From Methanobacteriota archaeon (lineage in GTDB: Archaea > Halobacteriota > Bog-38 > Methanoflorentales > Methanoflorentaceae), in NCBI GenBank assembly GCA_963719035.1, contig CAVRAO010000010.1, positions 1 to 52,704 on the forward strand: a DNA stretch of 52,704 nucleotides, given 5' to 3'. This document shows positions 51,067 through 52,704 of the stretch, piece after piece (position 1 is the first letter of the stretch; every line of letters begins with the position of its first letter). The position numbers and the translations under genes were made by a program. Under the pieces are notes generated by a model. It saw only the letters and a list, made by a program, of their open reading frames with translations, was not told the DNA's origin and made no database searches.

Positions 51067-52518
51067 TTATGTGGTACGCCGCAGCAGACTCTTGAAGAAG
51101 ACAAGCTCTTCGTAACTTATGCCTTTGAGAACCCATAGTAAGACGACGTAAATGCAAGCGCCTAAAGCCGTAACAAGCACGACGGGCAAGAGGCCTTCTG
51201 GCTTCACCGCAATGATTACGAGCGACATCGCCAGCGATGCGGCGCCACTCTTGAGCGCGAACTGTGTGCTAACGCCAACCCTAATGTATTGACGCGCGTA
51301 GTATGCCACGAGCGCAAAGACGCATGCGAAGGCAAACAGCGTTGCTATGGCCGCGCCAACAAATCCGATACGAGGCACGAAGAAGAGCGTAAGCACAAGA
51401 TTCAATGCGGCAGCAAGGAGCCATATCGTTCCAAGCACATGGGTCCGCTTTTCAAGCACGAGAACGTTTCCGATGAGTGCATAGCTTCCGAAAAGCAAAG
51501 CGCTTGCAGCTATGTAGGGCGTCACAACGTACCCTTGCGCGGCAATTTCTGGTGTGGACAGGATGGTGAGAATCTGCTTCGAGAGCAGTGATATGATAAA
51601 CGCAGCGGGTATTGCTAGCGCAAGAAAGTACTTGAGGCAATACGACAGGGTCGTCTTCACTTGGTCAATGCGGTGATTATCGAAGTAGGCCGAAAGCGTC
51701 GGCAGCAGAATTGCGGAGACGGGCGTAACGGCTAGGACGATACTGTACCCTACGGTGTAGCCCGGCGAGTAGTACCCGACCGCTATGGCGCCCAAAAAGA
51801 TGCTAATGATGTAACGATCACTTGAATTGACAATCCAATATGACAAGTTACCTGGCACGGTAGGCAACCCGAGCGACAAATAAGATCGTGCGTTGGCAAA
51901 CGTGGGTAGCACAACGCCGAGCTCTGAGATTATTCGAACTGTTAACAAAAAAGAGAGCAAAAGTTGTGCCAGCAGAAGTCCTAGCACCGCACCTGAGATG
52001 CCATACCCGAACAGCACAAACGTCGACACGACTAGAACGGTGAAGCAGGCCTGTAGCGCTGTAAAAAAAGCAAATCTTTTAATCTGTTGCCTAGCCCGGA
52101 AATACCCCAAGCACATGTAGTTAAAACTAGTTATGAATATGATTGCTGGCAAGATCGTGGTAACAGTGGTGTTGCCGTCGAACAGCAGTCCAGCCAGAGG
52201 CTCGGCTAACAGATAGAAGACGAAAGCGACTAAAGCACTTGAGAGCAGCGCAATCACCAAGCTTGCGTAGAAACCCTCTCGAATCGCATTTCGCTCCTGT
52301 GTTCCAGCTAACAGTCGCATCATTGCGACAGTCAGCCCGAGTGTCGTGAGGAACGGCAGCACGTCGGTCGTGACGGTGACTTGAATCCATACCCCGTAAC
52401 CCGCAGCCGCAGTCGTCTTTGTCAGAACAGCGAGTAAAATGATAGGAGCCAAGCTCACGATCAACGTTGAAACGGCCGTCAGTCCAACTCTCTTTGCAAA
52501 CAGCGAATGCTCAGTCAT
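51067..52518 (-). CDS. Second Wzx/MOP-family flippase
   Basis: Many TM segments; YGVW, LGL..AMMR, SSDRYII...GAIAVGYYS..Y, LLPTLS, GAAIAT. Confidence 0.92.
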   Translation of the reverse strand: MTEHSLFAKRVGLTAVSTLIVSLAPIILLAVLTKTTAAAGYGVWIQVTVTTDVLPFLTTLGLTVAMMRLLAGTQERNAIREGFYASLVIALLSSALVAFVFYLLAEPLAGLLFDGNTTVTTILPAIIFITSFNYMCLGYFRARQQIKRFAFFTALQACFTVLVVSTFVLFGYGISGAVLGLLLAQLLLSFLLTVRIISELGVVLPTFANARSYLSLGLPTVPGNLSYWIVNSSDRYIISIFLGAIAVGYYSPGYTVGYSIVLAVTPVSAILLPTLSAYFDNHRIDQVKTTLSYCLKYFLALAIPAAFIISLLSKQILTILSTPEIAAQGYVVTPYIAASALLFGSYALIGNVLVLEKRTHVLGTIWLLAAALNLVLTLFFVPRIGFVGAAIATLFAFACVFALVAYYARQYIRVGVSTQFALKSGAASLAMSLVIIAVKPEGLLPVVLVTALGACIYVVLLWVLKGISYEELVFFKSLLRRTT

Positions 52519-52704
52519 TTTCGTCAGGACAAGCAGCAGGGGCGGACTCCGAACACAGTAGCATTGTTCCTGTTTATCCTGTTTGTGCTTTTCTCGCGAG
52601 TTTTAGTAAAAGTACGGCGATTGACACACACGTTAAGGTGAAAGACGCCGCGCATACTTTACGGCATACGCTGGCCTGTGCACGCGTTACGGCAAAAATT
52701 ATTC

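Noticed and set aside
442-52390. Many short ORFs antisense to or overlapping the called genes (e.g. 3985..4353, 7931..8509, 39566..40150, 46888..47502)
   Set aside because: Shadow frames of well-supported genes, with no motifs or RBS.
1-52704. tRNA, rRNA, CRISPR array, IS element or integrase
   Set aside because: By eye I found no cloverleaf with a T-loop (GTTCGAAA near 40131 lacks stems), no regularly spaced repeats and no transposase or recombinase motifs. tRNAscan-SE and a CRISPR finder would be decisive.

Overview
This window is archaeal DNA, probably from a non-halophilic euryarchaeote (Halobacteriota-like). That is inferred from a cupin-type phosphoglucose isomerase, DUF1616/DUF2206 genes, AglG/AglJ-like glycosyltransferases, GGAGGTGA ribosome-binding sites and TATA boxes. 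Positions 1-6 kb hold accessory genes: a lipoprotein, an RDD protein, a methyltransferase, an ABC-2 exporter divergent from a PadR regulator plus a Cys/His-rich protein, and a secreted peptide with 15 Cys. Positions 6.3-52.5 kb form one very large surface-glycosylation locus. It contains precursor enzymes (pgi, galU, ugd, gmd, and a HAD fused to a degenerate nucleotidyltransferase), two flippases and 12 GT2/GT4 glycosyltransferases. It also has four methyltransferases (one in a perosamine-type aminotransferase cassette), a DUF1616/DUF2206 membrane module, a secreted deacetylase-like protein, and an apparently complete legionaminic-acid-type pathway with a candidate transferase. About 16 genes are split by single-base frameshifts, most likely read or assembly indel errors, and I reconstructed these by eye. 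I saw no rRNA, tRNA, CRISPR array, transposase or integrase. All family calls come from motif recognition; no database search was run.
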